IMG/VR virus record: IMGVR_UViG_3300028840_008160
Span: 62,001 to 126,000 of that record
Direction: 5' to 3' (one strand)
Length of the DNA: 64,000 nt
Below are positions 38,890-49,500 of the stretch, piece after piece. Every line of letters begins with the position of its first letter. Position 1 is the stretch's first letter. The notes beneath the pieces are model-generated. The model had not been told where the DNA came from. It did not search any database and saw only the letters and a list, made by a program, of their open reading frames with translations. Made by a program: the position numbers and the translations under genes.

Positions 38890-40194
38890 ATGAATCAATT
38901 AAATGAATTGGAAGTTGTAAAAGAATATTTGCAGTTAGGTGCAGGTGTAAAAACTGTTGCTCGAAAGTTTAAAGTTCGTAGACATTTTATAGAATCTATT
39001 TTGATTAAGAATGATGTTAAGATCAAAACAAATAGCGAACTTAAATCAGAGCTTACTGGTAAAAATAGTCTAAGATATGGATTACCACCGCCGATAGGTG
39101 CCGGTCATTGTCGATGGTATTGTTATCATAATAAGAAGTATCAGGGTACTTGGGAATTTATGTATGGATTGTTGTTGGAGCAACAGCAAATTAAGTTTAA
39201 TGTGCATGAAGACGTTAGACAGTTTCGTTGTAAGTATGATGATGGTAAAGAATTTACATATTGTCCGGACTTTTATTTAATAGATGACAATAGATATGTT
39301 GAAGTTAAGGGATATTTTTCTGAAGAAAGTAAGAATCGAATGAGACTGTTTAAAGAACAGTATCCTGATATTGATGTAGCAGTGATTGATAAATATAAGA
39401 TAGTTGAGATTGGTGCATTTGATATTCAAAAGAAATTAAATATAGATTTAGAGTTATATCAGTTAGATTATGAGAATGAAAAGTCAGTTAAAAAGTTTAT
39501 TAATTCTATTGATCAAATTGAATTTGTTAAGTTGTTTATTGTTGATGGTTTGAATTTATCAGAGCTAGCACAAAAGTATGATGTGCCATATCGAGTAATA
39601 AGTCATGTATATAATTTGTGGGTTCCTGATCGTAATTCTAAAGAATATTATGAATTTATTTTACGACAGTGTAAATCAGATATTGTTAAAGATTGTGAAT
39701 TAGGGTTAAAGTTTGGACAAATAGTTCGTAAGTATAAGTTTAGATCTAATTCTAAGATGTTACTTAATGCAATAATTAGTTGGGGTGCTAAGATAAATAG
39801 ATTACAAGAACCGGGTAGAAAAGTTATTGCGCATGATGTTAAGCAATTTATATTGAAAGACTATGAAATAGGGTTGTCAAAACGTCAAATTTGTAAAAAG
39901 TATTGTTTAAGAAAGAAGCATGTGGATAGAATTCTAGTCACTGAAAATGTGCAACAAAGATCTATTGGTTATTATACCGTGATACGTCATGAGAAAAATA
40001 GACAACAAATGATTGATAGGTCACAGCAAAATATTATTGGCGATTATAAGAGTGGGTTGAGTATAAGAATAATTAATAAGAAATATGGTGTCTCACGCAA
40101 TGTTATAAAGAGACTTCTTTTAGAAAATAACATTGAAGTTAGACCATCAGCAACATATTCATTTGAAAATGCTAAAAAGAAAGTTTTGGTGTAG
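38890..40194 (+). CDS. Free-standing homing-type endonuclease (PD-(D/E)xK core with tandem HTH-like repeats)
   Basis: GTWE...Y.PDFY...YVEVKGY catalytic motif; repeated 'DY..GLS.R.I.KKY...I.R.L' units; basic, non-structural composition interrupting the baseplate operon. Confidence 0.75.
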   Translation: MNQLNELEVVKEYLQLGAGVKTVARKFKVRRHFIESILIKNDVKIKTNSELKSELTGKNSLRYGLPPPIGAGHCRWYCYHNKKYQGTWEFMYGLLLEQQQIKFNVHEDVRQFRCKYDDGKEFTYCPDFYLIDDNRYVEVKGYFSEESKNRMRLFKEQYPDIDVAVIDKYKIVEIGAFDIQKKLNIDLELYQLDYENEKSVKKFINSIDQIEFVKLFIVDGLNLSELAQKYDVPYRVISHVYNLWVPDRNSKEYYEFILRQCKSDIVKDCELGLKFGQIVRKYKFRSNSKMLLNAIISWGAKINRLQEPGRKVIAHDVKQFILKDYEIGLSKRQICKKYCLRKKHVDRILVTENVQQRSIGYYTVIRHEKNRQQMIDRSQQNIIGDYKSGLSIRIINKKYGVSRNVIKRLLLENNIEVRPSATYSFENAKKKVLV

Positions 40195-40195
40195 T

Positions 40196-40813
40196 ATGCC
40201 GATTGCAGGACCAGCATTAGCGGGATTAATTCAAGCACAAATGGCTGCTAACGGCATGGTCGGTCAAAATGCTCTGCAGTTGTCGCAAGCTATTGGTAAT
40301 GGCATAATAAATACTATTTTGGCATCGGCAATTTATACAGGGACATCAACTGGTTTGGGCATCGGTGCTGGTTCGTCGACTGGAAAACTTATTGGCACAA
40401 TAACTGTAGGCCCAGCTATTGGTGGAAACATATTTACACAAATGGGGGCTTTTGCTATTGCTGGTGAAAAATCACAACCATTAGCGATGGCTATAGGCAA
40501 TGCTATTGCAACTCATATGGCTACAGCAATTGTAGCAGGGGCATCAACAGTTGTAGGCATTGGTACTGGGACAGGTATAATTACTGGTGTTGTTGGACCA
40601 TCATTAGGATCAATGATTGCTTTGCAAATGACAGCAATGGGTTTATTAGGACAAAATTCAATATCTTTAGCTAATGCTATAGGAATGGGTGTTGCATTAT
40701 CAATACAACAATCGACAGTGACAACAACAATAACTGGAGTAGCTGTCGGTACTGTTCCGCCCGCTTTGCCGCCTATTCCAAGTGTTGGTACTGATACAGG
40801 AAAAATAGTATAG
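40196..40813 (+). CDS. Gly/Ala-rich hydrophobic triple-repeat protein (likely start ATG 40196)
   Basis: ATG 2 nt after the endonuclease stop; three GP...I..QM.A....G.....LA.AIG.G units; almost no charged residues. Confidence 0.65.
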   Translation: MPIAGPALAGLIQAQMAANGMVGQNALQLSQAIGNGIINTILASAIYTGTSTGLGIGAGSSTGKLIGTITVGPAIGGNIFTQMGAFAIAGEKSQPLAMAIGNAIATHMATAIVAGASTVVGIGTGTGIITGVVGPSLGSMIALQMTAMGLLGQNSISLANAIGMGVALSIQQSTVTTTITGVAVGTVPPALPPIPSVGTDTGKIV

Positions 40814-40821
40814 GGGATGAA

Positions 40822-43800
40822 ATGCCAGAATTAACAGAACGAGATCGTGGATTATTACAAAACAAAATTGATGAGTTGAATAGTGCAAATACTCAATTGT
40901 TGGATGGTATAGAGACTGATTTACGTGAAGTCAATAATCTTTTATTGTTTGACATACCATATAAAAAGTATGTTGATGAGAAACATTACAATATATATGC
41001 ATTTGAAGAAGAACTTAGATTATTAACTGGGCGCACAATCATTGGACCGGTTGAAGAAGATGCTTTTTGGGTAACTGCACCCGAAGCAGACATTTTTATT
41101 CAAATTAAAGACGGTCGATTTATAGCTAAAAAAGATGACGTTGTCATCGTAGACGTTCCAATAATTCCGTATAGAGCATTTGTAGTTGGTAGTGAATGTG
41201 GCCCTAATTTTGATATATGGACTAGAGATCGTTATGGTTCGACTACATCTGAAACTGGTGTACCTCAGTTATATACGATTAATGAAGGTAATAATAAGAT
41301 CAAAGTCAAAATTAATGGTGTACAATACGAAGTAAAGATTGTTGAAGACGGAATCCTTGAGGCAAAAAACGGAGAACTAGTTGTTGACCCGTTTGTTTTG
41401 TCGTCGTCAATAGGTTTATCGTTAAATGAGGTTCAGGTTGAAGGCGTTGCTGTATTAGAGAACGTACAATGCATGTATAATCAAGCAAGACAAACATTTA
41501 CGCTTTGTTCAAACACTGTTGGCCCAATGTCTACAGCTGAAGTTGTTGTTGAAGAAACGAATGACATAGCATATGAAATGAAATTTAGTAATCAAACGCA
41601 AGTACCTGGTAGATATGCTAACAACAAATTAAAAGTATCAATTGATGGTGAAATTCAAACATTAGAAATGATATTTGACATTCGTATAGCAACGTATAGC
41701 CCATTACTGGGATATGCTATAGACGATTTTAGTGCAGACTGGCGTTGGGATTTTAGTAAAGGGCCACTGTTTCCGGCTACGCCAAATAATGGTGCTAAAA
41801 TTGCGACGATGATTCAAAATAAATTACGTGAAAATTCTGCAGGATTTGAAAAGGCTCAATGTACATATTATACAGATAGTAATAAATTCATCATATACTC
41901 TGGCACATTTGGAATTGAATCATCAATTCAAATTCTTCCAGCAGATGATGTCAATAGAGATATGGCGCCGTTTGTCGGATTAGATGTCATTACAGACACT
42001 AAAAGTCATGAATATGCTTTTACGACTATTCAATCATTGTATGATTATCTTAACAAATGGACTAGTTTGAGTTGTTCTAGATTGTCAAATCCGACAAAAT
42101 CTTGTTATTCATTATTGTCTTTACTTGATGACATTACTGTATCAGATCAACAATTTATTTTGCAAACAACAAGTGAATATGATTATGCTCATTTAGGTCA
42201 ACCACGATTATATAGCAATAAATTACGAGTTGATGATACAAACAATAAAATTGATATTATAGACGGTGGTGTAAAAGAAATTGTTTTACCGCACGGCAAT
42301 TATTCTGAGTCAGAACTTGCAGAATTAATACAAGACTATCTCAATTATTTTGGCACTACTTTGTATACGATCACATATAAAAGCAGGCCTCAAGTATTTG
42401 TTATATCAGTAGCAGATAGTGTGACATTTTTATGGAATACTGGTGTAAATAAAGCAACATCAATTGGCACGTATATTGGATTTCCAAATTTTGCAAATGT
42501 TTCAGGCACGTCGTTCGTGAGCGATATTGTGTCGTTTGCTGGCGAAGATTTTTTTAGTATGGCTTCAATACCACAATTAATTCCCGTTGAATGGTTTGAT
42601 TGGTATCCACCATACTATTATGATTTTGAATTTGGCGAAAGTAATTGGTTGACAATATTACAAATATTATTGGGTGCTGAAGATAACGCTGGCACGGATG
42701 CCCTGGACTTGTTAAAAAATCAAGCTGATTTTTATAATGAAGTACTACTGAATCATTGGGAGCATATAGCAGCAAGAGAATTAGAAATAGAAACAGATCA
42801 ATATGAAGCATTAAGACAAGAAATTGCATTTTATAGTAGGATTAGTACAACTGATGCTACATATTTGAATAAAGTTGCTGCGCTTAATGCATCAATTGCT
42901 AATAGAAATAATTTATTATCATTTGCTGTTCATGCTAGTATTATGAACATTAGATCATCTAGTCAATCGTTTGTTGAAGGGTCTGATTATAATGAAGGAG
43001 CAGTTGAACCATTAACAATTGACATTACGCCTGTATCAAATGACGATAGAATTTACAATCGTCCCGCACCCGAATTTAGATATGCTGATAATAAATATCT
43101 GCCTATGAGAAATTCGACAGCTCTTTACAGTAGCATTGTTGATTTTAGACCATTTGATGACATTGCTTTTACAATATTAAGTAACAAAAATGCTATTCCT
43201 GGGTTTGCTGTTTCTGGTACGGACGTTGATGGGCTGTTTACAATTGACAGAGCAGCAGACACAAATGCAACAATGTTATCATTAAATTCAGAACCTTATG
43301 ATTTAACTGGGGCATTAGCTAATACAATAGAAGTATCTGTTGATGGAACAACACCGCAAACAGCTGTAATTCAGGCCAATGCAGCATATGTTGAAAGTAC
43401 AAACGTTTTAACAGACAGTGTGTTTGTAGTTAGAAATACTAATAATAAGATCGATTACAATGACGGGTCTGCACATACAGTTACAATTGCTAATGGCATA
43501 TATTCTGGCAGTAGTTTACGAATAGAAATTGAAAATAAACTTCAAGCCGAGTCACCAGGATCTAATTTTACTGTATCATGGTCATCAAATCAGTTTACAA
43601 TTAATTCAACACCTAGTGTAAATTATTTGTTCGCATCAGGGCCTAATGGCATAATATCTATTGGAAAAATGATTGGGTTTCCAATAGATGTTTCTGGAAC
43701 ATCTGTTGTATCTGCAACAAGAAATATTTACATTCAAACAAACATAAATGATGAATTTAGTGCAATGGTTAATGGTATATCATCAGGAAGCATTACAATA

Positions 43801-46344
43801 GCAGAGACTAATTATACAATAGCATCAATGATAACGACTCTTGAATCTGCAATTAATGCTAAATATATAGGTGATCCAGTTGACGTTACTAATAATGCTG
43901 ATAAGATCAGAATATCAACTATAAGACGCGGAATCGGAGCAACAATTTCTGTTACTATCGGCGTGAATGATTTGTTAGCTGCAATTTATATGAATACAGC
44001 AACACCTGTAGTTGGTTCTGGTGATGTTTTTGATTTATCTGCAGCCACAGCAGTTGAAGTGGGTGATAAAATTTCCGTGTCAATTAATGATTTAGTAGCA
44101 GGTGGAGAAAGTGGAAAAGTTAGAGCAACGACGACAACTGCTAGAGGTACATTAAATAAGATTGATTTTTTACCAAATCCGTTTACAACTGTAATTGGTT
44201 TATTTGTCAAACCTGTCGGATTAGATCAAAATAATAAATTGAGTGTTGCAATTGATGGTATTGACGCTGTTATTTCGTTAAATACTAATACATCACCGAT
44301 TACTGGTGATGATGTTGCTACTGACATGCAAATCAAACTTAGAGCAATTGGTTCTGGTGGATTTGTTAATTCATTTGCATATTATGACAGATATGACTAT
44401 CCAGATAAATTTAAGATTGTATCTGGTTCTTTAGGTCCAGCTTCGTCAGTTTTGGTCAGCGAAAAAACGATAGTAATTGATGCAACTAATAATAAGATTG
44501 ATTTTGAAGAATTATCTGGCACGCAACTAACTGCAACTATAGCAAGTGGATTATACGATGGATCATTATTAGCAACAGCTGTTAAAGTTGCAATGGATGC
44601 AGCCGGAGCGTCTACATATACTGTTACATATAATCCATCAACAAAGAAAATTACGATTGCATCAAATGGCGCAGGTGGAGGCGGTATATTTACGTTGTTG
44701 TTTGGTTCTGGCACTAGTGGATCAACAGCAGCCACAATACTTGGCTATTATCGAACTAATAAATTTGGTCCGTTATCATATGTAAGCGATGCGCCGATTA
44801 AGTTACAACAATGCTTTTTTGAAGTTAATTATGATACTCAGACTAATGAACCTGGACATAACATTGTTGATTCTAGATTATCATTAACTGACACGTACAT
44901 TTCTTGTATAGTGTATTGGTCAACTGGGAATGTTGAAGATTTTAGATATTATTTCGTTGATTATCCAGATATCAATTCATTACTTGATATTTTAGCATTA
45001 GAACAGCCAGATTATGAGATACAAATTAAGTCTTCATTATGGTCTAGGTATCCAGAAAAATATGTTCTTAATGATGATGACGAGTTTAAAATTAGAATAG
45101 GCACAGGTTCTGAACAATCAGAAACGTTTTCAATGACAACTGGATCATCTATATCAGATTTAGAACCTGCTGAAGTGACTACAGCTAGTGACACTTTAAC
45201 TCTTAGAATCAATGGTGAATCTGCTCAAACTATTACAATGCCGACAAATACTATGAATGCTAGTCATACAGCCGAAATGATACAAACATTAGTACGAGTT
45301 TTGCAAGCTTCGTCAGTTGAAAATCAGCCGGGTTACTCTAATTTTATATGCACATATTCAGGAGATAGATATTATTTGTATTCTGGAACACAAGGCACAA
45401 ACTCATCAGTTAATGTGACAGGTGGCACATTGAGTTCATCACTTAAATTGGGGTCAAACGAAACTGTAGGTACTGGTGATGTAGCTAACAATTGGTTTGT
45501 AACAATTGCCGAATTAATTGCTAAATTCAGTTTTACAGATGTAGACATTATCAATGACAACAATTTCTTAAAATTCTATTCAGAAGATGGTGAAAAGATT
45601 GAAGTTATTTCAACTGACATGGCTACTAAGCTTGGATTTTTCGCTGATAATTTGATTGTCAATCCAGTTGTTGATTTGTCAAACGTGTTGAGTGCATCAT
45701 TAAGACGGTTTAGTAATCAAACAATTCACCAACATTATCCAATGAGTTATGTTGCTATTCCTGCATCTGATCTTCTTATTGTGTCTACTCCGTATGCAAT
45801 ACAGACTGGTGACGTATTACAAGTAACAAGTACAGGTTTACCGCCTGATCCATTAAACACGGGTGTTGATTATTATGCAATTTATGTTTCACCGACACAA
45901 ATAAGATTGGCTTATACATTACAAAATGCGCAATTAGGCATATATATTACTTTAAACGATACTGGATCGGGAATAAATCAAGTTGTTCCAAATACGGAGC
46001 CATTTGATATGTTTAGAGGGTATGAAAATAGAGGTGATATTACAGTTTCGTTTTATATAACTGATGACAGCCTCATTGATTCTAGACGTCCATTTGTTGT
46101 TGCTAGAAAGTCGACAGTAAGTAATAGAATATCTCAAATAAATGCTAGAGTGCTTGCTATTTTAAGTGAGTTGACACCGACATTATATGATGAACGGTGG
46201 CAAGAAATTATTAAGAGATTGAATAAGAAAAATGGGTCGTATTTCAAAGTTGGTGAGAAAGAACTTGGTATAATTAGATCGCAAGAGACAATTACTGAAA
46301 ATTTAACAATGATAAGTGAAATAGAAGCTATTTTGGAGGCTTAA
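40822..46344 (+). CDS. Giant baseplate-associated protein (helical termini, many inserted beta domains), 1840 aa
   Basis: Recurrent (I/V)D.TNNKID and SIDG...A..IQ..LR...C.Y...F.I.SG..G..SS modules; baseplate operon context. Confidence 0.6.
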   Translation: MPELTERDRGLLQNKIDELNSANTQLLDGIETDLREVNNLLLFDIPYKKYVDEKHYNIYAFEEELRLLTGRTIIGPVEEDAFWVTAPEADIFIQIKDGRFIAKKDDVVIVDVPIIPYRAFVVGSECGPNFDIWTRDRYGSTTSETGVPQLYTINEGNNKIKVKINGVQYEVKIVEDGILEAKNGELVVDPFVLSSSIGLSLNEVQVEGVAVLENVQCMYNQARQTFTLCSNTVGPMSTAEVVVEETNDIAYEMKFSNQTQVPGRYANNKLKVSIDGEIQTLEMIFDIRIATYSPLLGYAIDDFSADWRWDFSKGPLFPATPNNGAKIATMIQNKLRENSAGFEKAQCTYYTDSNKFIIYSGTFGIESSIQILPADDVNRDMAPFVGLDVITDTKSHEYAFTTIQSLYDYLNKWTSLSCSRLSNPTKSCYSLLSLLDDITVSDQQFILQTTSEYDYAHLGQPRLYSNKLRVDDTNNKIDIIDGGVKEIVLPHGNYSESELAELIQDYLNYFGTTLYTITYKSRPQVFVISVADSVTFLWNTGVNKATSIGTYIGFPNFANVSGTSFVSDIVSFAGEDFFSMASIPQLIPVEWFDWYPPYYYDFEFGESNWLTILQILLGAEDNAGTDALDLLKNQADFYNEVLLNHWEHIAARELEIETDQYEALRQEIAFYSRISTTDATYLNKVAALNASIANRNNLLSFAVHASIMNIRSSSQSFVEGSDYNEGAVEPLTIDITPVSNDDRIYNRPAPEFRYADNKYLPMRNSTALYSSIVDFRPFDDIAFTILSNKNAIPGFAVSGTDVDGLFTIDRAADTNATMLSLNSEPYDLTGALANTIEVSVDGTTPQTAVIQANAAYVESTNVLTDSVFVVRNTNNKIDYNDGSAHTVTIANGIYSGSSLRIEIENKLQAESPGSNFTVSWSSNQFTINSTPSVNYLFASGPNGIISIGKMIGFPIDVSGTSVVSATRNIYIQTNINDEFSAMVNGISSGSITIAETNYTIASMITTLESAINAKYIGDPVDVTNNADKIRISTIRRGIGATISVTIGVNDLLAAIYMNTATPVVGSGDVFDLSAATAVEVGDKISVSINDLVAGGESGKVRATTTTARGTLNKIDFLPNPFTTVIGLFVKPVGLDQNNKLSVAIDGIDAVISLNTNTSPITGDDVATDMQIKLRAIGSGGFVNSFAYYDRYDYPDKFKIVSGSLGPASSVLVSEKTIVIDATNNKIDFEELSGTQLTATIASGLYDGSLLATAVKVAMDAAGASTYTVTYNPSTKKITIASNGAGGGGIFTLLFGSGTSGSTAATILGYYRTNKFGPLSYVSDAPIKLQQCFFEVNYDTQTNEPGHNIVDSRLSLTDTYISCIVYWSTGNVEDFRYYFVDYPDINSLLDILALEQPDYEIQIKSSLWSRYPEKYVLNDDDEFKIRIGTGSEQSETFSMTTGSSISDLEPAEVTTASDTLTLRINGESAQTITMPTNTMNASHTAEMIQTLVRVLQASSVENQPGYSNFICTYSGDRYYLYSGTQGTNSSVNVTGGTLSSSLKLGSNETVGTGDVANNWFVTIAELIAKFSFTDVDIINDNNFLKFYSEDGEKIEVISTDMATKLGFFADNLIVNPVVDLSNVLSASLRRFSNQTIHQHYPMSYVAIPASDLLIVSTPYAIQTGDVLQVTSTGLPPDPLNTGVDYYAIYVSPTQIRLAYTLQNAQLGIYITLNDTGSGINQVVPNTEPFDMFRGYENRGDITVSFYITDDSLIDSRRPFVVARKSTVSNRISQINARVLAILSELTPTLYDERWQEIIKRLNKKNGSYFKVGEKELGIIRSQETITENLTMISEIEAILEA

Positions 46345-46345
46345 G

Positions 46346-46555
46346 ATGCAATCAGATTACCAATGGCAAAAGCGGCAGAAGTTAGGGCTTCAAAAAAACA
46401 TAGTTGAACCATTACTTGAAGCACTAAAGAAAGCAGCTGAAGTTGAACGAGACGAGTTAATTCACAAATTGGAAAATTTGAAACGATTAGGTGTGATTTC
46501 AATGAGTAAAGCAGAGTTAAATAAAAAACTTGAGGAGATGAAATTTAAAACATGA
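46346..46555 (+). CDS. Small coiled-coil protein
   Basis: GGAGG RBS; fills the gap; overlaps the next start. Confidence 0.55.
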   Translation: MQSDYQWQKRQKLGLQKNIVEPLLEALKKAAEVERDELIHKLENLKRLGVISMSKAELNKKLEEMKFKT

Positions 46556-49500
46556 TTGCTTTATCATCAGACAGCATTGATTATGGATCACTGTCAAGAG
46601 GTGATTCAGACACTAAAAGAGTTACTATTTATAACTTAGATGCTACTAGTGTCGATATTACTAGCATTGTCAGTTCCAGCCCTGACTTTGATCCAGCGCC
46701 GACATTATTTTCTATTGATGGATATGGTTCGTTAGACATATCTATTAAATACACTGCTAGTATACTAGCTACTGCAACAGGCGTTATCACAATATCTAAT
46801 TCGGCTGGTCCGGATGAAATAATTGATGTTGTCGGTGTGCCGTTAGAGCCGACTGTGAACTTAAGCACAGCAATATTATCATTTGATGATGTTGCTGTCA
46901 ATGACATAAAAACGTTGACTAGAGAAATATCTAATGATGCAACTAATGGTTCTGTTTTAAAAATTGTAGTTACATCAACTGATTCTAATTTTGTTGTAAG
47001 TGATTCTACATTAGAAATTGAAAGCGGTGAATCAGCTGACATAACTATTTCATTTAAGCCGACTAGCACAGGGTCAAAAGGCGGGACGATTAATATTGTA
47101 GCAAATGATGTCACAGGCGCATATGATTTTGATGTTGAAGGAGATGCTTTAATACCAACGTATACAATTGCTCCAGCTTTATTAGATTTTACATCTATTC
47201 CTATAAATGACACGAAATCGTTAACATTTGAATTGACAAATACGCACGCGACTGTTAATTTAATTGTTAGTTCAATCAATATAACTGATAGTCAATTTCA
47301 AGTTGATACGTCTAGTATTACAATTTTACCAACAGAATCACACGAATTTACTGTATCGTTTACGCCTGATTCTCCAGCAGCTATTGCTAATCAATTGGAA
47401 ATTGTAACAAACGCTGGAAGCATATTTCTTGATTATGAAGGAACTGGATTAGTTGTTCCATTAATGAGAATATCACCGATTGATATAGATTTTGATAAGT
47501 ATTCGTTAAGCGTTGATCAAACAATTGAGTTAACAATAACTAGTGCCGGTGTAGTTGATATTGAAATTGCTAATCTTGTTTTTCCGACTGTTGCTGACAC
47601 GACATTTTCAACAACTGCGTCATTTCCGTTAGTTATACCTCATGGTACTAACGAAAAAATAGATATTATTGTAAATTCTATTGACGAAGTAAATTATAGT
47701 GACGTTATAACAATAAATAGTGACGCATTTGATAATCCTCATGATGTATCTGTTTCAGGCGATGCTCAGTCTCCACAGATTAGTGTAAACGTTAATGAAC
47801 TTGATTTTGGAACAATTCCAGTTGATCAAGAACGACGGTTATCATTTAATATAACAAACAGTAAAGATGTTGACTTGAATGTCGTCATCACTGAAGCACC
47901 ACATTTTACAGTACAACAAACGAATGTAATAGTTCATGGCAATAGTCAACACACGATCGTTGTAACATTTTTATTAGAAGCTCCAGGCGAAGTAGAAGAA
48001 ATTTTAATTATTTCATCAAATGATATTGCTACTCCCGTAATTGATCTTACAATGAAGGGAACAGCAAATTTAGATCACTTTTTTAGAGTGATTCCTGATG
48101 AAGTTGTACAGAATTATATCGATAAAGACATACCACAAGAATATGAATTGACTGTTATAAATAGAAGTCTATATCCTGCTGCTATTGATGACATGATTGT
48201 TACGGTACTTCCTGGTGTTACTGTTCCGCATGAAATTATTGCTACTGGATTACCAACAGTTTTAGAACCAGGTGATGTGTTGTTATTGATGTTGTCAACT
48301 TTGGCTACTGATATTGGAGAAATAGCAGGAGTAATAAAACTTAATACTAGAGTCGGTGATACGTTACAATTTAATACGTCAATTACAGTTGATTATAGTG
48401 GCGAAGTTTTTTCGCCGACAATGGAAATTTCAAAGTCTAGTATAAGTTATGGAGATGTCGCTGTTGGATTGACTGATTATGATAGTATTACAATTTACAA
48501 TACTAGTACAGGTGCAGATTTGTCTGTCACTTTAACATCAGATAATAGTAATGTTTTTCATTTTAAGGGAACAGCTCAAATAAATTTGGTCGTAGCACAA
48601 TCAGATGGTAGATATACTGTCAATACTGGGCGAAACAATTTAGTTAGACAATCAGTGTCAGTAGTGGATGACTTAACAGGCGATGCATTAATTCTTGGTG
48701 ATCCTTCAAATCTTGGTGAATTTTCAGTAAATTCTGATACTGGCGTAATTAGATTTAATGCGGTTTCAAACGGCAAATCGTATAAGATTAATTATGAATA
48801 TAAACTATCAACAATAACATTATTAGTTGGTAAGAAACTTAATACAACAGTTCAAATTGGCTTTTCTCCTGAAGTTGTCGGTCCAATATCTGGTTTAATA
48901 ACATTAACGACAAATGATAAACTTAATCCGTCAGTGTCAATTAACGTTGATGGTAATGGGCTTGATGCAATTGCATCATTAAGCATTGTAAATGATATTA
49001 TAAAGTATGAAGAGAAAGTTGGAAAACTTATAGGTCAAACGTTTGTATTAAAGAACACAGGAACTGTACGTTTGTATGTAAACAGCATAGATATTGTAGA
49101 ACCATTTACTGTTGAAATTGATACTTTTTGGATTGATCCTAATGAAGAATACGAATTACCAGTATATTTTACAGGTGAAGACGATGTTGAAGTCAATCAG
49201 AATATTGTATTTCATAGTAATGCGCCTGATTTGATTGTTCCCGTTGTTGGTCAAGGGCAATATCCTGAAATGTCTTTACCAGCAGATGTAGATTTTGGTG
49301 ATGTTGGTTTGAATATTGAAAGTGAACAAATATTAACTATTACTAACAATGGTGATGCTGATTTAGATGTAACATTGTCATTAGAAGCTAATACACCGAC
49401 ATCATCGCCATCAATGTTTACTGTATCACCGACTATAACTACTGTGTTAGCTCATAGCACTTATGACATCACGATTAAATTTACGCCGACAGAAGAAATT

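Noticed and set aside
40133-40195. Track start at 40133 for the Gly/Ala-rich gene
   Set aside because: Non-ATG start overlapping the endonuclease; the ATG at 40196 begins the first repeat.
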